NCBI GenBank assembly: GCA_016214555.1
Contig: JACROF010000012.1
Span: 203,485 to 267,484, forward strand
From: Candidatus Levyibacteriota bacterium
GTDB taxonomy: Bacteria > Patescibacteriota > Microgenomatia > Levybacterales > UBA12049
DNA length: 64,000 bases
Reading direction: 5' to 3'
Position 1 is the first letter of the stretch, and each line of letters opens with the position of its first letter. A program made the translations under genes and the position numbers. Below the pieces are notes generated by a model. It was not told the DNA's origin. It did not search any database and worked only from the letters and a program-made list of their open reading frames with translations. Shown one piece after another: positions 17,243-25,459 of this stretch.

Positions 17243-17681
17243 AACCCCACTCCTTTTGCCATTTTTTCATCATATCAATCTCATTTGTTTGAGCTGAGAT
17301 GATATCATCAGCCATTGACCTTATCTCATCATGCTTCGCACTTTTTTTTGCGAGATTAGCCATGTCAATTGCTCCTTGGTGATGCTCAATCATCTCGGAA
17401 ATAAATAGCTTGTCAAAGTCATCCCCTGTTTTTCTCTCAAGGTCTTCAACCATATCTTCCATTGTCATCCCGTGCATGTTGCTCATCATCGAACCATCAG
17501 ACATCATATGTTCATTATTTTTTTCGTTGCTACTTGTTTTTTGTATGATAGCAGTATTCATTCCCATCATCTTCATCATACTTGTATTATTAGAATTAAC
17601 AATATTTGTTGTAATCAGAGATGTAATTACAATTCCAATTATTAGTCCTATTGCTCCATATAGTAATTCTTTTTGCTGCAT
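17232..17681 (-). CDS. DUF305-family protein with Met-rich (MxxM) N-terminal region, predicted copper/metal-binding periplasmic protein
   Basis: FISEMIEHHQGAIDMANLA ... AQTNEIDMMKKW matches the DUF305 ferritin-like repeat. Met-rich segment MMKMMGM...HMMSDGSMMSNMHGMTMEDM. Start set at the Met preceded by AGGAGGAGG (ORF track 17690 would be GTG). Confidence 0.6.
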   Translation of the reverse strand: MQQKELLYGAIGLIIGIVITSLITTNIVNSNNTSMMKMMGMNTAIIQKTSSNEKNNEHMMSDGSMMSNMHGMTMEDMVEDLERKTGDDFDKLFISEMIEHHQGAIDMANLAKKSAKHDEIRSMADDIISAQTNEIDMMKKWQKEWGYDN

Positions 17682-17697
17682 ACGTATCACCTCCTCC

Positions 17698-17970
17698 TTA
17701 TTTTGTTTTTTTAAAAACAGTCATAATTTCAGCAATTGATTCATCTGCTTGCCCTTTTTTAATTGCGTCAGAAACGCATCCTCTGAGATGGTTTTCAAGT
17801 AAAAGATTTCCAGTCTGCTTAAGTCCAGATTCAACAGCCTGCATTTGGTGCATGATATCAATACAATAAGAGTCCGACTCAACCATCGAAATAATTTTTT
17901 CTAAGTGTCCGCGAGCAATCTTTAGTCTGTGAAGTATTCTTTCGTCTGTATTTTTTGGTCTGTACGACAT
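17698..17970 (-). CDS. csoR: CsoR/RcnR-family metal-sensing transcriptional repressor
   Basis: RLKIARGHLEKIISMVE....CIDIMHQMQAVESGL....LLENHLRGC carries the conserved Cys/His/Cys ligand positions of CsoR. Start taken at the Met just downstream of the promoter/operator (ORF track 18000). Confidence 0.75.
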   Translation of the reverse strand: MSYRPKNTDERILHRLKIARGHLEKIISMVESDSYCIDIMHQMQAVESGLKQTGNLLLENHLRGCVSDAIKKGQADESIAEIMTVFKKTK

Positions 17971-18016
17971 ATCCCCTCTAGAGGGATATAATATCGTCAA
18001 AAAGTAATCGTGTCAA
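17971..18016 (-). promoter_or_regulatory. csoR operon promoter (TTGACA-17-TATTAT) with adjacent palindromic candidate operator ATCCCCTCTAGAGGGAT
   Basis: Minus-strand TTGACA at 18011-18016 and TATTAT at 17988-17993 with a 17-nt spacer. The GC-rich inverted repeat CCCT-CTAG-AGGG (17972-17987) lies between the -10 and the ATG, resembling CsoR-type ATACCC/GGGTAT-like operators. Confidence 0.5.
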
Positions 18017-18107
18017 GAGATAAGATTTTTGAAAGTTATTGAAACATGACTATCTCTTAAGTGCATATATTTGTATGCATATCATATGTATTTGATATGA
18101 TAAGTTA

Positions 18108-21100
18108 ATGAGCGATGGAGTAAATAGTGAGATATCAGTGGGAGCACATGAATTAGTGATACCCACTCAGAGTCAAGAATTACCTATTCTTCAATACGCT
18201 GAGGAGATAAAAGAATTAGTAAGTGAGTCTGATACAACAATAATAGTTGGGGAGACAGGATCAGGGAAGACGACACAGCTTCCTCATTTGCTCAGAGAAA
18301 TACTTCCTCCTGATAGTAGAATAGCTATTACTCAGCCACGTCGCATTGCCGCTACTGAAGTTGCACGTTATGTTGCCTCACAAATTGACCAACCACTAGG
18401 TGAGGAAGTTGGATACAAAATTCGCTTTGACAACAATACCACAGAGGGCACAAAACTAAATTTTATGACTGATGGTATTTTGCTTCGCGAGATGCTGCAA
18501 GATCCTCTTCTAAAAAATTATGGCGCTGTAATGGTCGATGAAGTTCATGAAAGAAGTCTAAATATCGACTTTATTTTAGGTTTACTCAAAAGAACACAAA
18601 AAGAAAGGGGCTCTCAAGGGTTGTCGCCTCTTAAAATAGTTGTTGCCTCAGCAACTCTTGAAAAAGAAAAACTATCAGATTTTTTTGAAGGTGCAGCAAC
18701 GATTGAAGTTCCCGGTAGGCTTCATCCTGTTGAGACTGAGTATATGTCAGAGGATCAGTACAATTCTTATCGAACTATTGATAACTATGGCAATAGTGGT
18801 TTTGATTATGTCCGTGCAGCAGTTGATAAGACGCTTGATGTTCTCCCAGAGAGCGTAGATGGAAATATCCTTATTTTTATGCCGGGCACAAGAGAAATAA
18901 ACGATACTATTGAGGGGTTGAGGAAACAGGGCCAAGGAGACTATGAGGTGCTTCCCCTTCATGGGCAGCTTTCATCAGAAGAACAAGAGAGGATATTTAG
19001 GCCAAGTGATAAAAGAAAAGTTATTGTTTCAACCAATATAGCAGAAACTTCAGTTACTCCTCCGGGAGTGGTTGCTGTTATTGACTCAGGTAAAATACGC
19101 CAGAAAGAATTTAATCCCTCAACGGGTATCGAGGCTCTGGTTACCGAGGATCATGCAAAAAGTGGGTGTAAGCAGCGATCAGGAAGAGCAGGAAGGCTCA
19201 TGCCAGGAACATCGTATAGACTTTTTACTCAGGATAATTTTGAGAGGAGACGTGAATTTCAGTTACCAGAAATTAAAAGATCCAATCTTGCCCATGTAGT
19301 ACTCATGATGAAGAAAATGGGTATTGATGATATCTCCTCATTTGAGTTTATCGATCCACCTACACAAAGTGCTATCAATAAAGCATTCACTACCCTTGAG
19401 CACTTAGGTGCAATTGGAGAGGATGAGCAGTTGACAGAGGTTGGGCATAGGATGGCAGAACTGCCGCTTCGTCCGGAGTTGTCTCGAATGATTATTGAGG
19501 CACAGAAATATGGCTGTGTTGAAGATGTAGCCACTCTTGCTGGATTTTTTGGTAACAAATCTGTGTTTGTAAGGCCTCAAGGCAATGAAGAAGAAGCAAG
19601 TTATATTCACTATCAATTTTCAGATGTTGACTCTGATTTCATCACGCTTCTTAATGTGTGGAAAGAATATGAGCGTCGAAATTACGACAGAAGATGGGCA
19701 AGAGATAACTTTCTTAACATAGGTGTGCTCCGGGAGGTTGGAGAAGTAAAAGCGCAGCTTCGTGATATCTTGGAGGAGTCTGGAGTATCTTTTGAAGGGA
19801 ATGAGTCAGAGGATGGGATAGCAAAGGCGGTTACAGCTGGGTTTATTGAAAATCTTTTACAAAATTCAGGATTCTCATTTAGCTCAGGGTATCATCAAGT
19901 GATAAAATCAGACAATAATGCAGATATTCTTATTCACCCTTCATCTGCTCTAACAAGGCGCAGGCCAACATTTATTGTCGCAGCTGATATCGTTGAGACA
20001 TCAAGAAAATTTGCCCGTACGTGTCAAGTTGTGACGCCTGAGTTGATACACGAAGTTGCTCCGCAAATGGTGAATGCTGAAGACAGAGGATATTATTATT
20101 CGCCTTTAGAAGACAAGGTATATAAGACAGTTGATTATACATTTAAAGGTGGAGTTGTTCCCTTTGGAAGTGAGCGTCAACTAGTAACAGGTGTTGATGC
20201 AGTGCGCGGGTTTGCTGATGCCTTGATGTCTGGTGTCGTTCGCAACGAGACAGTATCGGAGAACGCAAGACAAGCTGCATTTTATGATGAGTTGGCTTGG
20301 AGGGCCGGAGGCATGAGGACATCAAGCGGGGGGAGTCTTGAAGATTTTTATATAGAAAAACTTGGAACAATTTGTTCAAAAAAGGAGCTTAATGAGGCTT
20401 TGGCAAGTGGCGAGTTAGATTTGAGTCTGCCAGAAGGATTTTTTATGAGCGAGGACGAAGTAAGAGAAATACAAAGAAATAATCCGTCAACACTGAGGGT
20501 TGGCGATGAAAATCTATCACTTCGTTATTCTGGTGATAGAGTGAGCCTCTCTCTGTCTCCATTTGATCTTGAGAGGATGACTGTCATGCCTCAGCTGCCA
20601 TCTGGGAGAGATGTTACGCTTGAAGTCTCACTTGATGGGAGATTCTTTGAAGGGACAAACTTGGCTTCCATCAAGCAGCAAGTGAGGGCATATCAAGCAA
20701 GGTTGGAAGGGAAAACGCGAGGTGCAGATGTTGCAGATCAAATTTCTGACCTTGTGACTTATCAAGAAAAAGAATCAGAAATGTTATTAGAAAAATTGCG
20801 AGACCTTACTGACAGAAGATCAAAATGGAATGAGGATGAAATATTAGAGCTTTCAATCGTACTTGCCTCTAGGTCTCCAAGTGAATTTGAGTCTCTGCAG
20901 CTCACAGAGGAGGATTATAGATCAATTATGAAAAACATGAAGTCTATGATTAATTTTGCTCGTGGAAGAGACGATACAGAACTTACTCGTGAGCAGTTAG
21001 AAGATATGCGTGCAACTGCGAGGGCTAATAAGGCTGCAGTCGAGGCAAGTCGTCAAGAAATTGTTAGAGAATATTTAGGAGACGATGATAATGATAGACA

Positions 21101-21209
21101 TGCATTCCAGGATCGTTTTGTAGAATTCTTTAAAGAAAGAGGTGGACAAGTTCCAGAAGGTGAAATGCCGTCATTTATTGAACAGGTGCTGGAGAAGATG
21201 ACTGAATAA
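18108..21209 (+). CDS. hrpA: DEAH-box ATP-dependent RNA helicase, HrpA-like
   Basis: GETGSGKTTQLP motif I, DEVHERS motif II, SATL motif III, TNIAETSVT and QRSGRAGR motifs V/VI, then HA2/OB-like region. Continues into a ~330-aa coiled-coil-rich C-terminal extension. Confidence 0.85.
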   Translation: MSDGVNSEISVGAHELVIPTQSQELPILQYAEEIKELVSESDTTIIVGETGSGKTTQLPHLLREILPPDSRIAITQPRRIAATEVARYVASQIDQPLGEEVGYKIRFDNNTTEGTKLNFMTDGILLREMLQDPLLKNYGAVMVDEVHERSLNIDFILGLLKRTQKERGSQGLSPLKIVVASATLEKEKLSDFFEGAATIEVPGRLHPVETEYMSEDQYNSYRTIDNYGNSGFDYVRAAVDKTLDVLPESVDGNILIFMPGTREINDTIEGLRKQGQGDYEVLPLHGQLSSEEQERIFRPSDKRKVIVSTNIAETSVTPPGVVAVIDSGKIRQKEFNPSTGIEALVTEDHAKSGCKQRSGRAGRLMPGTSYRLFTQDNFERRREFQLPEIKRSNLAHVVLMMKKMGIDDISSFEFIDPPTQSAINKAFTTLEHLGAIGEDEQLTEVGHRMAELPLRPELSRMIIEAQKYGCVEDVATLAGFFGNKSVFVRPQGNEEEASYIHYQFSDVDSDFITLLNVWKEYERRNYDRRWARDNFLNIGVLREVGEVKAQLRDILEESGVSFEGNESEDGIAKAVTAGFIENLLQNSGFSFSSGYHQVIKSDNNADILIHPSSALTRRRPTFIVAADIVETSRKFARTCQVVTPELIHEVAPQMVNAEDRGYYYSPLEDKVYKTVDYTFKGGVVPFGSERQLVTGVDAVRGFADALMSGVVRNETVSENARQAAFYDELAWRAGGMRTSSGGSLEDFYIEKLGTICSKKELNEALASGELDLSLPEGFFMSEDEVREIQRNNPSTLRVGDENLSLRYSGDRVSLSLSPFDLERMTVMPQLPSGRDVTLEVSLDGRFFEGTNLASIKQQVRAYQARLEGKTRGADVADQISDLVTYQEKESEMLLEKLRDLTDRRSKWNEDEILELSIVLASRSPSEFESLQLTEEDYRSIMKNMKSMINFARGRDDTELTREQLEDMRATARANKAAVEASRQEIVREYLGDDDNDRHAFQDRFVEFFKERGGQVPEGEMPSFIEQVLEKMTE

Positions 21210-21230
21210 GTTTATATCTTCAGTCTAGTA

Positions 21231-21551
21231 TTATTTGAGGAATTTAGATGCAAAATTCGCAAATTCATTTACTATTGGAAGAATAGCCTTTCCTTTTTCA
21301 GTTAACTCATAGACCACAGATAATTTGTCTACTGTTTCTTCTTTTCTCATCACGATGCCTTCATGCTCGAGCTTTTTTAATCGATCAGTGAGTGTTGTTG
21401 GATTAATACCTTCTATCGCTCTTTGAATCTCATTAAACCGCATGCTTCCATCGCTGAGAGTGCCGATAATACAGAGAATATGCTCATCTCCAACCATCTT
21501 GATAGCATTATTAACACTTTGTGATAATTTGTTCTTTTGATCTCTTGACAT
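21231..21551 (-). CDS. HxlR-family (HTH_34) transcriptional regulator
   Basis: ILCIIGTLSDGSMRFNEIQRAIEGINPTTLTDRLKKLEHEGIV.R......V.YELTEKG fits the HxlR/YodB winged-helix signature. 106 aa. Confidence 0.7.
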   Translation of the reverse strand: MSRDQKNKLSQSVNNAIKMVGDEHILCIIGTLSDGSMRFNEIQRAIEGINPTTLTDRLKKLEHEGIVMRKEETVDKLSVVYELTEKGKAILPIVNEFANFASKFLK

Positions 21552-21562
21552 ACTACAAATTT

Positions 21563-21591
21563 TATAGTACTATATTTTCTATAGCACTATA
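21563..21591. promoter_or_regulatory. Two direct 12-nt boxes TATAG(T/C)ACTATA 5 nt apart in the HxlR / LutC-like divergent intergenic region (candidate operator); the second overlaps a TATAAT -10
   Basis: 21563-21574 TATAGTACTATA (core ATAGTACTAT is a perfect 10-bp palindrome) and 21580-21591 TATAGCACTATA. TATAAT at 21588-21593 lies 25 nt upstream of the 21618 start. Confidence 0.35.
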
Positions 21592-21617
21592 ATTTATATA
21601 GTTATTATATCACAAAT

Positions 21618-22232
21618 ATGTACACAACTCTAGCAACAAGTCAGGCAATAGACAAAACGATAGGAACTCTTAAGGAAAATCATTTTATACCTATTCATGT
21701 ATCAAGTAGAAAAGATGCTCTTGAAAAAATAAAAGAGCTTATCCCAGAGGGTGTATCTGTGATGAATGGTTCTTCAGAGACGCTTCGCGAGATTGGATAT
21801 CTTGATATTCTAAAGAGTAGAGAGCATAAGTGGAACAATCTTCATGATGTAGTTTTGGCAGAGAGTGATCCAAAAAAGCAGGCTGAATTAAGAGAGCAAT
21901 CAGTGTTATCTGATTTTTATGTTGGAAGTGCCCATGCACTTTCAGAAACTGGAGAAATAGTCATCGCATCAAACACTGGAAGCCAGCTTCCTCATCTTGT
22001 TTTCACTTCGCCAAACATCATACTTGTTGTTGGTTCACAAAAAATAGTTCCTACATTAAGTGAGGCTTTTAAGCGTCTTGAGGAGCATGTTATTCCGCTT
22101 GAGAATGAGCGAATGAAGGGTGTCTATGGTGTGGGTACAACGCATGCTAAGACTCTTATCCTTCATAAGGAAAATCCAATGTTGGGGAGAAAGATCTATG
22201 TGGTTATTGTAGATGAGAAATTAGGTTTCTAG
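21618..22232 (+). CDS. LUD-domain (LutC/YkgG-like, DUF162) protein
   Basis: YVGSAHALSETGEIVIASNTGSQLP resembles the LutC motif G..AIAETG.IVL...G..R. ~200 aa, typical of the family. Divergent from the HxlR regulator. Confidence 0.55.
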   Translation: MYTTLATSQAIDKTIGTLKENHFIPIHVSSRKDALEKIKELIPEGVSVMNGSSETLREIGYLDILKSREHKWNNLHDVVLAESDPKKQAELREQSVLSDFYVGSAHALSETGEIVIASNTGSQLPHLVFTSPNIILVVGSQKIVPTLSEAFKRLEEHVIPLENERMKGVYGVGTTHAKTLILHKENPMLGRKIYVVIVDEKLGF

Positions 22233-22253
22233 CTCCCTTTTATTGCTAAAAGA

Positions 22254-22391
22254 TTATTTAGCGGCTTTTCGTTTTTTATTGAGATCTCTTTGAGATCCAT
22301 GCATCTTCCTTTTAAGAAGTTTTCGAGGCTTTTTCTTTGTTCCTCCGTGTTTTAATGACATAGGTATCTTCACCTTAACAGGTATGTCCAT
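22254..22391 (-). CDS. Possible unannotated small highly basic protein (45 aa, MDIPVKVKIPMSLKHGGTKKKPRKLLKRKMHGSQRDLNKKRKAAK)
   Basis: Only substantial ORF in a ~400-bp ORF-free gap. About 40% Lys/Arg, ribosomal-protein-like composition. No convincing SD sequence; below the ORF-track length cutoff. Confidence 0.25.
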   Translation of the reverse strand: MDIPVKVKIPMSLKHGGTKKKPRKLLKRKMHGSQRDLNKKRKAAK

Positions 22392-22665
22392 TATAGTCAA
22401 CGAGGAATAGACCTAGACATAGATTGCGGGATGGAGATCTCAAGGTATATTTCTTTTGAGAAATGTTCCTTCAACTATTGTGAGACTAGGATCAAGTTCT
22501 CCCATAAAGGGGCCAACAAGGCTACTCATGCTATTTGGAAAATCTCGTACGTACGCTTGGGAACATGCTTTGTCAAGAATTTTTCTAGCTAGCAATTTGA
22601 TTTCATGCTTACTATAAGCTATAATTAGTTGTTGGAATTTTGCACGTTATCAAAGGAGGAAGAAG

Positions 22666-23295
22666 ATGGAATTGGATGTCGAAATTGTTACTTCAGAGCG
22701 GCCAATTGCTGTTGCTGCTGAGGAAGCAGCCAAGTTCGGTTGTCCATATTGCGGTTATCGATCCGGATCATCATTTATATCCGGAGGAGGGACTACAGCT
22801 TGGCGTTGCGGTGATCAGAACTGTGGTCGTGTCAGCGCACTGTTAGCAGATGGTGTGACGGTCTCAGCAATTGGATTTGGGGACTATTATCCAACGCTTG
22901 TTGCTCATCCCCGTCTTGGTACCCCCAGTCATGGCAGTCCAGATGAGAGGCCAGAAAATGGGGGCGAATTCTTCTCTTCTCGAGGTATAGGCTTGGATGG
23001 CGTTCCTTGCTTTATTTGTGCTACGATCTTTCGCGATGAGGAAATGCATCGCTATCTTCATAACATTGCGGCATTTGTGCGAACAAAAGCTGCAGGCGAT
23101 CGGGTCGTTGCCATGTTCAAACAAGGCGCTGTAGTGGACTATCGTGAGTACGAACCAGACAGAGTCCAGGTGAAGATTGGAGCCTGTGATACGCATAAGC
23201 CCAATCTAGAACTTCTGGATCAACTTGTTCGTAAGAACGGTCATGTCATCACTGATGATATTGTCCAGAGAGCATCCGCAAAAATTCCTAATTAA
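22666..23295 (+). CDS. Hypothetical zinc-ribbon protein (CPYC...17 aa...CGDQNC), GC-rich
   Basis: Strong AAAGGAGGAAGAAG SD sequence. N-terminal C4 zinc ribbon. GC content clearly above neighbours. Followed by a canonical terminator. Confidence 0.55.
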   Translation: MELDVEIVTSERPIAVAAEEAAKFGCPYCGYRSGSSFISGGGTTAWRCGDQNCGRVSALLADGVTVSAIGFGDYYPTLVAHPRLGTPSHGSPDERPENGGEFFSSRGIGLDGVPCFICATIFRDEEMHRYLHNIAAFVRTKAAGDRVVAMFKQGAVVDYREYEPDRVQVKIGACDTHKPNLELLDQLVRKNGHVITDDIVQRASAKIPN

Positions 23296-23303
23296 CACAT
23301 TTA

Positions 23304-23334
23304 GAGGTCTCGCCAGGCGAGACCTCTTTTCTTT
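23304..23334 (+). terminator. Rho-independent terminator (GAGGTCTCGCC-a-GGCGAGACCTC + TTTTCTTT)
   Basis: 11-bp perfect GC-rich stem followed by a T-run directly after the 22666-23295 stop. Confidence 0.7.
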
Positions 23335-23354
23335 ATGTATTGATGTTTTTAGCC

Positions 23355-23384
23355 CAAGAAAAACCCCAAGGTTAGCCTTGGGGT
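23355..23384 (-). terminator. Rho-independent terminator for the 23405-23719 gene (CCCCAAGG-ctaac-CTTGGGG + T-run on minus strand)
   Basis: 8-bp stem at 23364-23384; the + strand AGAAAAA (23357-23363) becomes a T-tract after the hairpin on the minus strand. Confidence 0.6.
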
Positions 23385-23404
23385 TGGTAATATTGCTAGA
23401 AATG

Positions 23405-23719
23405 CTAGAGAGAGTTTTTTCTTTCCTCTCTTTTTTTCCTAGTCTCTTCTATTTGGCGGTCTATTTCTTCTCTAAGTAGTCTTAGGTGTTCGATCCCCGG
23501 ATCTACTCGTGGTGCGGGCTTTTTGTATGCTCGTGTCCGTAGTGCTAAAAGAACTAGCCAAAAAATTCCCGATGTAAGAGCTGCTTCATGGTTTGATATG
23601 ACATCAAAAACGTTCATGAAGAGCAGAGCAATGATGAGATATGCAATTGCCCATCCAAAAAAGAAGAGCGTAAGAAAACCTGCAATTGAAGAAAACGATA
23701 TATCTTGTCGTTTTTTCAT
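23405..23719 (-). CDS. Hypothetical small membrane protein (2 TM) with charged coiled C-terminus
   Basis: GGGAGG precedes the Met of MKKRQDISF..., so the ORF-track start at 23734 is probably too long. Two hydrophobic helices, then EEIDRQIEETRKKREERK. Confidence 0.45.
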   Translation of the reverse strand: MKKRQDISFSSIAGFLTLFFFGWAIAYLIIALLFMNVFDVISNHEAALTSGIFWLVLLALRTRAYKKPAPRVDPGIEHLRLLREEIDRQIEETRKKREERKNSL

Positions 23720-23882
23720 TGGTCCTCCCATCAAATTTCAAAGATCAATGTATCTGAGGGTAATTTTAACATTGAAAGCCTATATTGGCAATTAATATAT
23801 CCTATAATATTGATTTTTCTTATTCGAAAGAGTACAATATAATTCGTACGTTAACAAGTTGTTAGTGTAAAGGAGTAGGATA

Positions 23883-24704
23883 ATGACTCTTGCAATGCGC
23901 GATTCGGGCATCGTTGTTCTGGATCAGAAATGGCCTTCAGAGGTTATCGTCTTGAGGCATGGTCTTACAACCCACAATGTCCGATCTCAGGAGAAGAGAG
24001 AAGACTCTTTTTACAATTCATTCAAAGCGCAGTTTGAGAAATCGCCACATAGTCGAGTTACGCTTGCGATGTCGAGAAAGGTTGTAAGCCGTTGGCCGAC
24101 AAATGAGAGTGATCGCAGTACGCAGATAGTTCAGGAGGCAATCCAAAACGCTGTTGCAACAGGGGTTGGGCTTTCAAAAACTCACGAGCTCCCTGACGTC
24201 ATCTACATCTCAAATTACGCTCGAACAAGGCAGACCCTTGATGCTGTTATGTCAGGTTGGCCCGAGCTTCGAGGCGTAAAGGTGGTGGTTGATGACCGAA
24301 TCAGAGAGCAGGAGCATGGGTTGTGTCTTTTGGTAGGAGACTGGAGAGTCTTTTTTGCTCGGAACCCTGAGCAGTATGCTCTCAGAAAGTTGGAGGGTAG
24401 GTTTGACTATCGTTGGCCGCAAGGTGAGAGTGTTTATGACGTCAAAGAGCGCTTGAGAAGTTTTCAGGGCACTCTAAGTAGGGAGCATGCGGGGCAGCGA
24501 GTTCTTCTCGTAACCCACCATCTCACTATTTTGGCTCTGCGAATGAATCTCGAGCGATTTGATGAGGAGGAATTTCTTCGACTAGACGAAGAAGAGAAGC
24601 CTCTAAACTGTAGCGTCACTGTCTATGCTTCTGTCCCTGGCGGAGGAAAATCAGGGAAAGGAAAGCTTGAACTTCAAGACTATAACGTCTGTCATTACAA
24701 CTAA
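23883..24704 (+). CDS. Histidine-phosphatase superfamily (phosphoglycerate-mutase-like branch) protein
   Basis: VLRHGLTTHN RHG motif near the N-terminus and LLVTHHLTI second His motif. GC-richer than neighbours. A terminator follows. Confidence 0.6.
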   Translation: MTLAMRDSGIVVLDQKWPSEVIVLRHGLTTHNVRSQEKREDSFYNSFKAQFEKSPHSRVTLAMSRKVVSRWPTNESDRSTQIVQEAIQNAVATGVGLSKTHELPDVIYISNYARTRQTLDAVMSGWPELRGVKVVVDDRIREQEHGLCLLVGDWRVFFARNPEQYALRKLEGRFDYRWPQGESVYDVKERLRSFQGTLSREHAGQRVLLVTHHLTILALRMNLERFDEEEFLRLDEEEKPLNCSVTVYASVPGGGKSGKGKLELQDYNVCHYN

Positions 24705-24718
24705 CAACTAGCGACAAA

Positions 24719-24752
24719 GCGGTCCCGACACATCGGGACCGCACTCTTTTTT
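24719..24752 (+). terminator. Rho-independent terminator (GCGGTCCCGA-caca-TCGGGACCGC + TTTTTT)
   Basis: 10-bp perfect stem, then ACTCTTTTTTATTT. Sits between convergent genes. Confidence 0.7.
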
Positions 24753-24760
24753 ATTTCTTC

Positions 24761-25390
24761 TTACCCTCTTCCAATTGTATTAACACGATTAATAAGTTTC
24801 ATCGCCCTTTGAATATCCTGAGATCTGTTCGTATCAGAGAGAAGAGCTACAAAATTTTTAGGAGGAATAGTATCTGGTCGAGGGAGATGATCTACATAGT
24901 ATTCACCACCATCTAGTCCTACGATAAAGTTTTGTGGAATATCTTCCGAATAAAGTGGTATATCATATTGAGCACACGTATTACGAACCTCTCTGTAAGG
25001 ATAGATGACTTCAGAACCTCTTCGTATTCTTTGTCTTATTGTGCCAATTACATAATTAGCTTCATAGATATAGTCTAGGTTGTCATCAGGGTGAAAAAAT
25101 CCGGCGTAGACACGTGGGAAATTATGAGGGAATAAGAGAGTGAACAAATTTTGGTAGTAATATATTGCTTTATCTCGCCTTACATAGTCATCCCAATTAA
25201 CTGCAATAACCTTCTCAGGATCTCTTGGGTCAGCATAAACAAAGCGGTCGTCACCCTGTCCGATATATTCAACGCCATGGATTTTTGAAATTGACCTAAC
25301 TTTATTCTCATCCACTCGTCTTTTATGTGGAGGATTTTGCAGTGACAATATTTCTGCGGCAAAAGGGTGTCTTCTATTGATCTCAGGCAT
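24761..25390 (-). CDS. Hypothetical protein (209 aa)
   Basis: Complete ORF; possible nucleotide-binding Gly-rich segment (KIHGVEYIGQGDDRFVYA) but no confident family. Confidence 0.45.
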   Translation of the reverse strand: MPEINRRHPFAAEILSLQNPPHKRRVDENKVRSISKIHGVEYIGQGDDRFVYADPRDPEKVIAVNWDDYVRRDKAIYYYQNLFTLLFPHNFPRVYAGFFHPDDNLDYIYEANYVIGTIRQRIRRGSEVIYPYREVRNTCAQYDIPLYSEDIPQNFIVGLDGGEYYVDHLPRPDTIPPKNFVALLSDTNRSQDIQRAMKLINRVNTIGRG

Positions 25391-25459
25391 AAAGGGGATT
25401 ATAGCATTATTATTTTTTACTTGATCGGGATCTAAAATTGTCCTAGAATAGAGTGTACT

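Noticed and set aside
18700-21209. C-terminal ~330-aa coiled-coil extension of the HrpA-like helicase as a possible fused separate gene
   Set aside because: There is a continuous frame with no internal RBS or start signal. Bacterial HrpA proteins normally carry long C-terminal extensions, so a single gene is the simplest reading.
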